IMG/VR virus record: IMGVR_UViG_3300042808_000075
Source of the DNA: an uncultured virus (IMG/VR IMGVR_UViG_3300042808_000075)
Lineage: Duplodnaviria > Heunggongvirae > Uroviricota > Caudoviricetes
Length of the DNA: 63,304 nucleotides
Strand: one strand, 5' to 3'
Shown here: positions 38,726 to 47,710 of the stretch, one piece after another
Layout: every line of letters starts with the position of its first letter
How positions within the stretch are numbered: position 1 is the stretch's first letter
Program-made: the position numbers and the translations under genes
The notes under the pieces: generated by a model
What the model was told of the DNA's origin: nothing
Databases searched by the model: none
What the model saw: the letters and a program-made list of their open reading frames with translations, nothing else

Positions 38726-39898
38726 TTACTTTTGATTGACAAGTTGCTCAACAAAACTTTCGTATGTTTCATTATTCATAAACTGATTATTTATTAAATG
38801 ATATAATATTTTTTCTTTTAATTCTGCTTTGTTTTTTATATCATTAAATTGTTCTGGAATAATGATTTGTTCTGGAAGATATGGTTTCGATAATAATAGG
38901 AACATTAAATCATTAGCATCTTTGGTACTTACATCAAAAGCATTTTCATAAATATTACATAAATGTCTTAATAGCATTTTGAATATATGTATGTTTTTAA
39001 TGGCTTGATGTTTTGAAGCATTAAATAACTCATTCTGAATATTATCGCTCTTTATTAGTTCAATATTTTTCAATAGCCAATTAACATTGATTTCATCTTG
39101 ATTGTTAAGGAAGTCGTTTTTAATAACTTCATTGTTTAAAAACAATATAGCAAACATTTCAAGTTTAGAAGAATTAAAAATATTGATATTATACTTAACT
39201 AATGTATTAAAATTGTTTTGATCAATATGACTAATAAATTGAAAGCAATGGTCAAAGAATTTTAATTGATGCAACATATCAATAGCTTTTTTAATATGTT
39301 TACCAGATAAAATTTCTAAAAAAACACTTTGTAATAATTTATTGTCTACTCTATATATATTATGGAAGTTTTTTGTAATAATATCATATGTACTTGGTTC
39401 AAAATCATAATCTAATTTAGATATATATTCAAATGCTTTTAATAACAATATGGGATTTTTCTTTATGTTTACGTTTTTTGAAAATCTTATTTGTCTATTC
39501 TTTAAATCTTCTAATGCACTAATCTTCTTGCCTTGTTCAGTATAATTAAAATCAAATATTTTATTGCTTTCATTTTGAGCTATGGTATCAATAGTAAAAA
39601 AATAACGTTTTCTTAATACATTTAATTCTTGTTCAATTTTATTTGAAAAATCAACATTGTGAAAATAAAATGTATAACAATTTTGTTTATAAATTAAAAC
39701 ATTATTTTCTTCATGTGTCTTAATAAGTATTTTTTTTATTTCTGCAAAAGATTTTTTTGTATAAACATCAATCTTTTTTATTAAAACATCATCTTTAAAT
39801 AATTTATTATGTAAAACATATTTTGGTCTATCACCTAAATAATAAAACGTTAAACCTTTTGTTTTTAACTTTTGTATAATTGCTTCTAATTCAGTAAT
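38726..39898 (-). CDS. degenerate CCA-adding/poly(A) polymerase-like protein, apparent ATT start
   Basis: Frame stays open upstream of the track start to a TGA at 39905-39907. Reads LGDRPKYVL, KKIDVYT, LRKRYFFTIDTIA, ALEDLKNRQIRF, NPILLLKA, paralleling VGG.VRD, DxD, RRDFTINA, EDPLRxLRA. SD GGGTG upstream of ATT. Confidence 0.7.
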   Translation of the reverse strand: MTELEAIIQKLKTKGLTFYYLGDRPKYVLHNKLFKDDVLIKKIDVYTKKSFAEIKKILIKTHEENNVLIYKQNCYTFYFHNVDFSNKIEQELNVLRKRYFFTIDTIAQNESNKIFDFNYTEQGKKISALEDLKNRQIRFSKNVNIKKNPILLLKAFEYISKLDYDFEPSTYDIITKNFHNIYRVDNKLLQSVFLEILSGKHIKKAIDMLHQLKFFDHCFQFISHIDQNNFNTLVKYNINIFNSSKLEMFAILFLNNEVIKNDFLNNQDEINVNWLLKNIELIKSDNIQNELFNASKHQAIKNIHIFKMLLRHLCNIYENAFDVSTKDANDLMFLLLSKPYLPEQIIIPEQFNDIKNKAELKEKILYHLINNQFMNNETYESFVEQLVNQK

Positions 39899-39986
39899 GG
39901 AAGTTCACCCGCCTATAATTATTATCTATTTTTATTATAACAATTTCATGGTTAATAATAAACAAAAATAAGCAATATAAAATTGC

Positions 39987-40430
39987 TTATTTTGTACAAA
40001 TGAAAACATTTATTTCAGTATTTCTAAAAATATCAAAAATTATTTTTAAAGCATCAGGCCAACTTCCTTTATCAATACCACAGGCATTTTTCAATATAAC
40101 CAAATTGTTTTCTTTGCTTTTAATCATTTCATTTTTTACTGTTTCTAAAGTTTGTTTTAAGTTTTTCAAATAAGTACCATAATCTTCATGTGCTTTTTGA
40201 GATTGTTGATGTTTTATGAAAAGATTATATATGTTTTTATATTTTATAATTTGTCCGAGTTTTGGATTTTGTTCACTAAAATGTGCTTCAATATTTTTTT
40301 GGTGTGTGAAGAAAAACAAACTTTCTTTTGTGAAAACGCAATCAATGGAAACGCAATTAATATAAGTACAGTTATTTGTATTAGGGATGTGTTTTTTAAT
40401 TATTTTTACATTGTGTGCGGTGCTTAACAT
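39987..40430 (-). CDS. TARG1/DarG-like macrodomain protein
   Basis: NCVS.D, IYNLFIK, Y..NL...L, ACGIDK.SW.....I.DIF.NT.I.V. Confidence 0.72.
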   Translation of the reverse strand: MLSTAHNVKIIKKHIPNTNNCTYINCVSIDCVFTKESLFFFTHQKNIEAHFSEQNPKLGQIIKYKNIYNLFIKHQQSQKAHEDYGTYLKNLKQTLETVKNEMIKSKENNLVILKNACGIDKGSWPDALKIIFDIFRNTEINVFICTK

Positions 40431-40439
40431 TTGCCACCT

Positions 40440-40748
40440 TTATTGATAATAATTTTTTCGATAATGCATATACAACGCACGAATTCTTTCTTCAATTGCT
40501 TGATACTCCATCCTCATGGAATTGTGAATAATAGAATCTGGCTCACTATTAGTATCAAACAATCTCATGTTTTGTTCTAAAATAGAAAGTTTTTGTTTGA
40601 ATTCGTCAATGGCAGAAATAGTTTCTCTTTGGTCAATACTCATACCTTTTAATTCATTTTTTGTAAAAATACGATCAATTTTTACAAAAGGTTGTTCAAT
40701 AATAACCATCTTATTAGTAGTAAACATTGTCTTTAAAAAGTTAAACAT
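40440..40748 (-). CDS. hypothetical helical protein
   Basis: Start moved to MFNF; promoter 40773-40801. Confidence 0.65.
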   Translation of the reverse strand: MFNFLKTMFTTNKMVIIEQPFVKIDRIFTKNELKGMSIDQRETISAIDEFKQKLSILEQNMRLFDTNSEPDSIIHNSMRMEYQAIEERIRALYMHYRKNYYQ

Positions 40749-40813
40749 TTTTTCATTCTCCTTTTTTCTTTTATTATAACACAACAAACCATGTTTGTAA
40801 ATATTTTTTAACG

Positions 40814-41161
40814 TTATTTACTTATTAATTGTGAATTTATCACTTTATTAACAATAGTTTTAAATTCTTGCTTATCTTGATAATCTGCAAGTATTTTAAA
40901 AACACTTTTACCCCAATTTTGTTTTAACCATTCATACCCTTCTAGTGAATCATTATATATATCATTTAGCCAATCAGTATTTATATATGTTTTATAAAAC
41001 CATTCTTCTATTTCATTTTTATAAAAATATATAAAACATTTTTTATTTATTTGATCAAAATCAAGATGTTTAAAGGCATAATCATATTGTTCTTGTGTAT
41101 AATTTAATTCAACTGTATTATAACGCCAATGATTTTCCCACATAAATAAACTTATCTTCAT
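40814..41161 (-). CDS. ~118-aa repeat-family protein (array 3)
   Basis: Family motifs. Confidence 0.85.
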   Translation of the reverse strand: MKISLFMWENHWRYNTVELNYTQEQYDYAFKHLDFDQINKKCFIYFYKNEIEEWFYKTYINTDWLNDIYNDSLEGYEWLKQNWGKSVFKILADYQDKQEFKTIVNKVINSQLISK

Positions 41162-41520
41162 ATGTCACTCCTTGCTAATCTCACATTGATAATTTTATTT
41201 ACTATGGTTTTTAATTCTTGCTTATCTGGATAATGAACAAGTATTTTAAAAATACCTTTACCCCAATTGTTTTTCAGATATCCATAACCATCTGGTGAAT
41301 TATTATATACATCTTTTAAATAATCAGTATTTATATATGTTTTAGAAAACCATTCTTCTGTTTTTTTATTATTAAAAACTATTGCCCAATCTTTATCTAA
41401 TTTATCAAAATCCAAATATTTATACACATAATCATATGACTTTGGTGCATAAAGCATATTGTAACAATAATATTTTTCTTTAAAATATAATTGTATTATT
41501 TTAATCTTCATAATTAACAC
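41158..41520 (-). CDS. ~118-aa repeat-family protein (array 3)
   Basis: Family motifs. Confidence 0.85.
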   Translation of the reverse strand: MLIMKIKIIQLYFKEKYYCYNMLYAPKSYDYVYKYLDFDKLDKDWAIVFNNKKTEEWFSKTYINTDYLKDVYNNSPDGYGYLKNNWGKGIFKILVHYPDKQELKTIVNKIINVRLARSDI

Positions 41521-41867
41521 CTTTTTTTCAATTCCACATTTATCACTCTATTTACTATAGTCTTTAATTCTTGTTTGTTTTTATACCAAATATATAATTC
41601 GAATATACCTTTACCCCAATTATTTTTTAACCATTCATACCCTTCTAGTGAATCATTATATATATCTTTTAAACAATTTTCTTCTATATATGTTTTTTTA
41701 AACCATTCTGATGTTTTGTGATTTTTAAAACATATATACCAATTTTTACTTATTTTTTCAAAATCTAAATATTTAAACATATAGTCGAATTGTTCTTGCG
41801 TGTAATTATCATCTCTTATGTAATAACGATAGCTGTAGTTTCCGCTTTGTTCAATTTGAATCTTCAT
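41514..41867 (-). CDS. ~118-aa repeat-family protein (array 3)
   Basis: Family motifs. Confidence 0.85.
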   Translation of the reverse strand: MKIQIEQSGNYSYRYYIRDDNYTQEQFDYMFKYLDFEKISKNWYICFKNHKTSEWFKKTYIEENCLKDIYNDSLEGYEWLKNNWGKGIFELYIWYKNKQELKTIVNRVINVELKKRC

Positions 41868-41869
41868 TT

Positions 41870-42217
41870 TTAACCTCTTATTAATTTTATATTGATTAGT
41901 TTATTAACAATAGTTTTTAATTTCTGTTTGTCTTGATAATCTACCCAAAATTTAAAAACTCCATTGCCCCAATTGTTTTTCAAGTATTTATACCCTTCCG
42001 GTGATTTGTTGGAAATAATATCTAAACAATAATCATATGTATGTGTTTTCGCAAACCATTTTTTTGTTTCATCATTGTTAAAATGTATCGTCCACTCTTG
42101 GTTTAATTTGTTAAAATCTAAACATTTATAAATATAATCATATTGATTTTGCGTAAAACTCATTTCGTTTACATTATAACCCCAATAATTTTCATATTGT
42201 TCTAGTTTAATCTTCAC
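41870..42217 (-). CDS. ~118-aa repeat-family protein (array 3)
   Basis: Family motifs. Confidence 0.85.
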   Translation of the reverse strand: MKIKLEQYENYWGYNVNEMSFTQNQYDYIYKCLDFNKLNQEWTIHFNNDETKKWFAKTHTYDYCLDIISNKSPEGYKYLKNNWGNGVFKFWVDYQDKQKLKTIVNKLINIKLIRG

Positions 42218-42567
42218 TATTTACCTCTTATTAATTCTATATTAATCACTCTATTAACTATCGTTTTTAATTCTTGTTTATTTAGATAATAAATATCTAT
42301 TTGAAAAACGTTTTTACCCCAATTATCCTTTAACCATTCATACCCTAAAGGCGATTCATTATATATAATTTCTAAATAACGTCTATCTATATATGTTTTT
42401 TTAAACCAATTTTTTGTTTTTTCATTGTTTAAATATATAATAATATCTTTATTTAATTTTTCAAAATCTAAATATTTAAATATATAATCAAATTGTTCTT
42501 GCGTATAATTAATTTCATAAATTAAATAACACCAAAATCCACTATCTTCTGTTAATTTAATCCTCAT
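42217..42567 (-). CDS. ~118-aa repeat-family protein (array 3)
   Basis: Family motifs. Confidence 0.85.
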   Translation of the reverse strand: MRIKLTEDSGFWCYLIYEINYTQEQFDYIFKYLDFEKLNKDIIIYLNNEKTKNWFKKTYIDRRYLEIIYNESPLGYEWLKDNWGKNVFQIDIYYLNKQELKTIVNRVINIELIRGK

Positions 42568-42917
42568 TACTTACTCCTTATTAATTTTACATTACAAATT
42601 TTATTTACCACATTCTTTAGTTTTTGTTTATCTTGATTATAAACTGTAACTTTAAAAACATTTTTACCCCAATTTTCTTTCAGCCATTCATAACCTTCTG
42701 GTGATTGATTATAGATAACATTTAACCAATTACTGTATATATACGTTTCATAAAACAATTTTTCTATAGTTTTATCACAAAAATACACTTTCATGTTTTT
42801 GTCTAATTTATCAAAATCTAAATATTTAAATATATAATCATATTGTTTAACTGTATAAATGTATTCTATTTCAAGATAACGCCAATGTTTGGATATGTTT
42901 TTCAATTCAATTTTCAC
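42567..42917 (-). CDS. ~118-aa repeat-family protein (array 3, first gene)
   Basis: Family motifs; SD AAGGAG. Confidence 0.85.
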   Translation of the reverse strand: MKIELKNISKHWRYLEIEYIYTVKQYDYIFKYLDFDKLDKNMKVYFCDKTIEKLFYETYIYSNWLNVIYNQSPEGYEWLKENWGKNVFKVTVYNQDKQKLKNVVNKICNVKLIRSK

Positions 42918-42950
42918 TACTTACTCCTTTTTGTATATATTGATATTTAC

Positions 42951-42979
42951 AGTATAACATATATAAAAAAACAAGTAAA
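42951..42979 (-). promoter_or_regulatory. promoter of array 3
   Basis: TTTACT-17 nt-TATACT with TG extension. Confidence 0.7.
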
Positions 42980-43069
42980 CTTTTTTAACCGTTTGTAAAA
43001 TACTGTTACTAAACTATTGAAAAATTATCACATATTATTTATAATAAAAAAGAAAGGAAGTGCAATAAA

Positions 43070-43606
43070 ATGAAATTAGGTATTGATATTGATGGTTGTT
43101 TAAATGATTTCGGTGGTTGTTTTACTAATTTAATTAAAAAAGATTATCCTGATTTTTATGTGCCAGAAGAACAATATGAAATTTTTAAACCTTTTAACTT
43201 CAAAGGAAATGAATATAGAGAATTTACTTCAAAATACTATCCAGAATTACATAATATTATGCCAGCAGAACAATATTCTAAAATCACATTAGATTTGCTT
43301 AAAAACAAATATCAAATTGATATTATTACTGCAAGAGAATATTACAACGCAGACATTACTGAAAAATGGTTAAAAAACAATGGTTTATATTATGATAATA
43401 TCTTTTTCCAATCAGGTAATAAAGCAGATGTTTGCAGTTGGCGTAATGTGAATTTTATGATTGAGGATAAAGCTGAAAATGCTTTAGCTATAGCTAATGC
43501 AAATATACCTGTTTTGTTATACGATAGACCATATAATAAAACAGTAGAACATAAAAACATTAAACGCATTAAAAATTGGAATGAAATCTATCTATTATTG
43601 AGGTAA
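43070..43606 (+). CDS. HAD-family 5'(3')-deoxyribonucleotidase
   Basis: GIDIDG, IITAR, T..WL, MIED, PYN. Confidence 0.88.
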   Translation: MKLGIDIDGCLNDFGGCFTNLIKKDYPDFYVPEEQYEIFKPFNFKGNEYREFTSKYYPELHNIMPAEQYSKITLDLLKNKYQIDIITAREYYNADITEKWLKNNGLYYDNIFFQSGNKADVCSWRNVNFMIEDKAENALAIANANIPVLLYDRPYNKTVEHKNIKRIKNWNEIYLLLR

Positions 43607-43611
43607 TTGAA

Positions 43612-43941
43612 ATGATTTATTTTACAATGTTTGCATTATTATTTATTGCATATGAATGCTATTCTCTATATAATCCGCAGAAAATAATTGATTTAGAATT
43701 AGAAAGAAATTCAATCATATATAGAATAATTGACTTTGTATATATTTTCTTTCTAGTATTTTTAATTAGCTCTAATTCTACAATTTTTGCAGTTTCAGGC
43801 TGTATCATTTTAGCATTATCTTGTTTGAAACACTATGTATATATGAAAGATAATTTAAATAAAATAACTGTTAAAAAAATTGATTCAATTATTTCTATTA
43901 TTTTCCTGTTTTTTGTAATTTGTGGAGGTGTTTTAAATTAG
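43612..43941 (+). CDS. small membrane protein
   Basis: Four hydrophobic segments; SD GAGGT. Confidence 0.7.
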   Translation: MIYFTMFALLFIAYECYSLYNPQKIIDLELERNSIIYRIIDFVYIFFLVFLISSNSTIFAVSGCIILALSCLKHYVYMKDNLNKITVKKIDSIISIIFLFFVICGGVLN

Positions 43942-44293
43942 TAAAAAATTATTATTTAGTATTACAAAAAAAGATTTTGATCTTGAATTTTATCGTTCTG
44001 GTGGCAATGGTGGTCAAAACGTTAACAAAGTTGCCACAGCTTGCCGAATTACCCATCGTGACTCTGGTGCTATTGGTCAATCAGATACGCACAGAACACA
44101 GTTTCAAAACAAAAAAGAAGCTTTCAATAGATTAGTAAATAGCGAAAAATTTAAAAACTGGCATAAAAAAGAAACAGCAAAACATTTAGGCCAATCAACA
44201 TTAACAGAAGAAGAATTAAAACAAAAAATCAATGAAAAAGTCAATGAAATGATGAATGAAAAAAATCTTTCAATTGAAACATTAGGTGATTAA
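43937..44293 (+). CDS. standalone GGQ peptide-release domain (ArfB/RF-1-like), apparent ATT start
   Basis: Not in ORF track. Reads SKKLLFSITKKDFDLEFYRSGGNGGQNVNKVATACRITH..SG.......R.Q..NK..AF.RL; GGAGGTG 6 nt upstream of ATT; in-frame TAA immediately before. Confidence 0.88.
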   Translation: MSKKLLFSITKKDFDLEFYRSGGNGGQNVNKVATACRITHRDSGAIGQSDTHRTQFQNKKEAFNRLVNSEKFKNWHKKETAKHLGQSTLTEEELKQKINEKVNEMMNEKNLSIETLGD

Positions 44294-44506
44294 ATGCCAA
44301 CTATTTACCAACATTACAAAGGTAAGCAATATCAATTATTGCATATAGCCGTTCATTCTGAAACACAAGAAAAATTTGTAGTATATCAGGCATTATATGG
44401 TGATTTTTCTATTTGGATACGTCCTATGGAAATGTTTTTTGCTAATGTAATGATTGAAGATAAAGAAGTACCACGATTTAAACAAATTATTAATAAGGGG
44501 CAATAA
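44294..44506 (+). CDS. DUF1653 domain protein
   Basis: YQHYKG..Y, A.HSET.E..VVYQALYG...WIRP..MF, PRF. Confidence 0.9.
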   Translation: MPTIYQHYKGKQYQLLHIAVHSETQEKFVVYQALYGDFSIWIRPMEMFFANVMIEDKEVPRFKQIINKGQ

Positions 44507-44507
44507 A

Positions 44508-45203
44508 ATGGGGAAAGTTCAAATAACCACTACATTAACAAGTTTACTGCATCGAGGAAGTACAATTAATGAAGAGTATACTTTATTAACACATAGAAAC
44601 AAACCATATAATATTAAAATATATTACTATGATGAAAATAAGGAAATTAAATCAATATTAACAGATGATAAATTTCATGCAACATATTTTGATAATGAAA
44701 TCATTGTTAATTTTGATAATAATGCAACTGTATTTATGAATAGAACCAGTCAAGCACAAATGGAACATTATGATTCATTGGTGTTGAAATTATTTGATTT
44801 TGCGTGTGTTGATTCAAAAAGAATTAAAACCAAAAAGAATATAACAAATCAAACGTTATCTAGTATATTTAAAGAATTTGAAAAATATTCTATTAATGTA
44901 CAAAGAGTTTGTTGCAATATTAAAACAGCAGAAAAAATTAAACAAGTAGTAAAAGGGTTTATTGAATCAGATGAAAATTTAAAAAAATACTTTTACATTT
45001 ATGGTACATTTTGGGGGGCAAATTTGTGTACGTCAGATGATATACCAGAAAATGTTGTTTATTTTTCTGGCGAATCAGATTTAGTAGGATTTCATCTTCA
45101 TGAAGAAGCAAAGGCAAAAAGACAAGAAGATAAAGTAATATTTAATCAAAAAAGTTCTATGGCAATTATTAATCCTAATGCTATTTATAAATTAGAAATT
45201 TAA
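44508..45203 (+). CDS. possible divergent HK97-fold capsid protein paralog
   Basis: C-terminal G.FWGA....S..IP...VY...E...VG and AIINP.AI resemble major capsid protein ends; start at 44508 after AAGGGG. Confidence 0.45.
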   Translation: MGKVQITTTLTSLLHRGSTINEEYTLLTHRNKPYNIKIYYYDENKEIKSILTDDKFHATYFDNEIIVNFDNNATVFMNRTSQAQMEHYDSLVLKLFDFACVDSKRIKTKKNITNQTLSSIFKEFEKYSINVQRVCCNIKTAEKIKQVVKGFIESDENLKKYFYIYGTFWGANLCTSDDIPENVVYFSGESDLVGFHLHEEAKAKRQEDKVIFNQKSSMAIINPNAIYKLEI

Positions 45204-45213
45204 TAAAACACTT

Positions 45214-45246
45214 AAAAATACTAGGAATTAAACCTAGTATTTTTTT
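45214..45246 (+). terminator. intrinsic terminator
   Basis: AAAAATACTAGG/CCTAGTATTTTT. Confidence 0.75.
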
Positions 45247-45308
45247 ATTTTTTTCTTCTATTTATTAATAGAAGAATTTTCAATTTTATAAAAAGGAGGT
45301 AGATTTAC

Positions 45309-46610
45309 ATGGCACAAACTAAAATTTTTGGTAGAACTTTTTTGAGAGAATGGGAAACATTACTTAAAAATAATGCAGGAACACCACAAACAACAGATAA
45401 CACCATTCGTTATAATCAAGCTGTTACCATTAATAACTCAAAAGATTTAGTAACAAAAGAATATGTTGATGCAATGACAGTACAAGCAACACGTTATATA
45501 CAAAATTTTACTGTAGTGGGTAATCAAGTAGATTTTATTTTAACTTATATACCTGTTGGCGCAAATTATGTTGATGTGTTTTTCAACGGTAACTTGCTAA
45601 CAGATGAAATAGATTATACTTTATCTTCAAAAACTATTAGTGTTTTAATTCCAACTAACACTAATGATACTATTACTGTAAAATATTATTCTAATGATGT
45701 TGGCATTGTTACTGTACAAAATTATACTATCTCCGGTATAGTACAGGAAAATTCAAATCCATTATCAGGAGCGAATGTTGTTTTGACTAATGATGGCAAA
45801 AACTACACAGGAGTAACTAATGCTAGTGGACAATATTCCATTGTGGTTCCTATTGATTCAACTAAATCAACTTCTGTAAATGTATTGATCACAAAAACAG
45901 GAATGAATAATATTACAGATACTATTAATAACGTTTCTAGTAATGTAAATATTCCAGCGGTTAATATGACTACTGCTACTACTGTGACAAACTATACTAT
46001 CTCAGGCCAAGTAAAAGATGCATCTAATAACCCAATTCAAAATGCAAATGTTACTTTAACAAATGATAGCAAAAATTATACAGGAGTAACTGATGCAAGT
46101 GGTAATTATTCTATTGTAGTTCCTATTGATTCAGCTAAATCAACTTCTGTAAATGTATTAATTACAAAAACAGGCATGAATGACATTACAGATACTATTA
46201 ATAATGTTTCTAGTAATGTAAATATTCCAGCAGTTACTATGGCTACTGCAACGGTTTCAGAAGCATGGCATTTTGACTTTGTAGTAACTTCAGCAGAAGG
46301 TATCGTTACTATGCCTAATAAGTCAGGTTGGACAGCTAGTGGACATACTATTAGCAACGAAGATGTTTACGGTGTTGCTTTTGATGGCGTAGGAAATAAA
46401 GTAGAATTAAGATTCTTAGGGTATGGTACTGCTGTAGGACAAGGTACAGTAGTAGAACCGGGACAAATTGTTCCACGCGATGGTATTGATGGTTTCTCTG
46501 CACCTAATCCCGAAGGTGCTTATCAATGGGATGCTGATACACAAAAACTTACCTTTAAAACAGGTAGCGTTTCCAGTGCAAAATATTACAGATGGGTTAA
46601 ATATCTTTAA
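45309..46610 (+). CDS. virion/tail-associated protein with two Ig-like (carboxypeptidase regulatory-like) repeats
   Basis: LVTKEYVD; VFFNG......DY; two ~90-aa YTISG.V...P...ANV.L...TG.T.ASG.Y repeats nearly identical in DNA. Confidence 0.8.
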   Translation: MAQTKIFGRTFLREWETLLKNNAGTPQTTDNTIRYNQAVTINNSKDLVTKEYVDAMTVQATRYIQNFTVVGNQVDFILTYIPVGANYVDVFFNGNLLTDEIDYTLSSKTISVLIPTNTNDTITVKYYSNDVGIVTVQNYTISGIVQENSNPLSGANVVLTNDGKNYTGVTNASGQYSIVVPIDSTKSTSVNVLITKTGMNNITDTINNVSSNVNIPAVNMTTATTVTNYTISGQVKDASNNPIQNANVTLTNDSKNYTGVTDASGNYSIVVPIDSAKSTSVNVLITKTGMNDITDTINNVSSNVNIPAVTMATATVSEAWHFDFVVTSAEGIVTMPNKSGWTASGHTISNEDVYGVAFDGVGNKVELRFLGYGTAVGQGTVVEPGQIVPRDGIDGFSAPNPEGAYQWDADTQKLTFKTGSVSSAKYYRWVKYL

Positions 46611-46614
46611 TCAC

Positions 46615-46639
46615 AAGAGGGGATATTTCCCCTCTTTTT
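46615..46639 (+). terminator. intrinsic terminator
   Basis: AAGAGGGGA/TCCCCTCTT plus T tract. Confidence 0.75.
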
Positions 46640-46655
46640 GTAAAGAGGTGTAAAG

Positions 46656-47708
46656 ATGGCAACAACAGAACAACAACAACAATACAATGTGCTTTGGTCA
46701 ACAACTGACGCGAATCCTTTATTACCGCCTAATAATTTAACTGTTTTAAATAAAGCATTACAAACACCAGAAAAACAGGTTGTTAAAGCAATTAATAGTT
46801 TAAAATCTAATTCAGATGTTTTAAATAATAATATTGCTTCAATTACAACATGGGCAAATAATTTGATTGGCGATACTAATATTCATCCTGAATTAAAAAC
46901 AGGATTAGAAAAAATAGGTAATTCAGTTATTGAAGCTATTATTAATTTAGAAAAAACATTAAATAATAATACAACATTAGCATTACAAGTTCAAAATGCA
47001 AATTCAGTAATTGAAGCAGTTAATTTTTTAAATACTACTATTACTAAATTAAATCAAGATATGGAAACAATAAAATCACAAGCAGGTCAAGTAGATTTAT
47101 CTGCAATTGAAAGTAAAATAAATTTACTAGATACTGCTGTTGATAAAAATTCCAGTGATATTAATGTTATTAATAATTCAATATCTACTTATACTTCTAA
47201 TGTGAATGGATTAACAACAACTGTTAATAAACACAATACAGATATAACCAATTTAAATAATCAAGTAAGCACATTAAATACTACTACAAGAAAAAAGACA
47301 GAAAAATTAATCAGCAATGATTTAGATGATAGTTTATTAGCTTTACTTCAATCTGGTGGAGGTGGAGAAATAATGATTAGAAGAGTAGGTCAAGATACAC
47401 AATTATTAAATGGTTCAACAAGTACACCTGCATTAATGTCTGTACCATTTGACACAAAAAATTATACAGAATTACCAACTATGGATTTATTTTTATTAGT
47501 AGCTTCTTCTGTTGGTAAATCTTTACCAGTTAACAGTTCTACTTATAGTGTATTTAATGATCATAAATATGATGAATTTATTAGTACAAGTGGATTTAGA
47601 ACTTATTCACAAGATGCAATTTGTGCAACTGTTTATGATGATACGAAAGGTGTTTATAAACGTTCGTTTAATAACTATAAAGAAGTTACAAAAGTAGAGG
47701 TGTTTTAA
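46656..47708 (+). CDS. fibre-like coiled-coil virion protein
   Basis: Repeated L.T..K.V..AIN / SVIEAI(V)N units, long N/T heptads, GGGG linker. Confidence 0.7.
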   Translation: MATTEQQQQYNVLWSTTDANPLLPPNNLTVLNKALQTPEKQVVKAINSLKSNSDVLNNNIASITTWANNLIGDTNIHPELKTGLEKIGNSVIEAIINLEKTLNNNTTLALQVQNANSVIEAVNFLNTTITKLNQDMETIKSQAGQVDLSAIESKINLLDTAVDKNSSDINVINNSISTYTSNVNGLTTTVNKHNTDITNLNNQVSTLNTTTRKKTEKLISNDLDDSLLALLQSGGGGEIMIRRVGQDTQLLNGSTSTPALMSVPFDTKNYTELPTMDLFLLVASSVGKSLPVNSSTYSVFNDHKYDEFISTSGFRTYSQDAICATVYDDTKGVYKRSFNNYKEVTKVEVF

Positions 47709-47710
47709 AT

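Larger units (their letters stand above)
40814..42917 (-). repeat. tandem paralog array 3 (6 copies)
   Basis: Six adjacent ORFs with the family motifs. Confidence 0.95.

Noticed and set aside
43920..44135. 71-aa ORF from the track
   Set aside because: Shadow frame of the GGQ release-factor gene at 43937-44293
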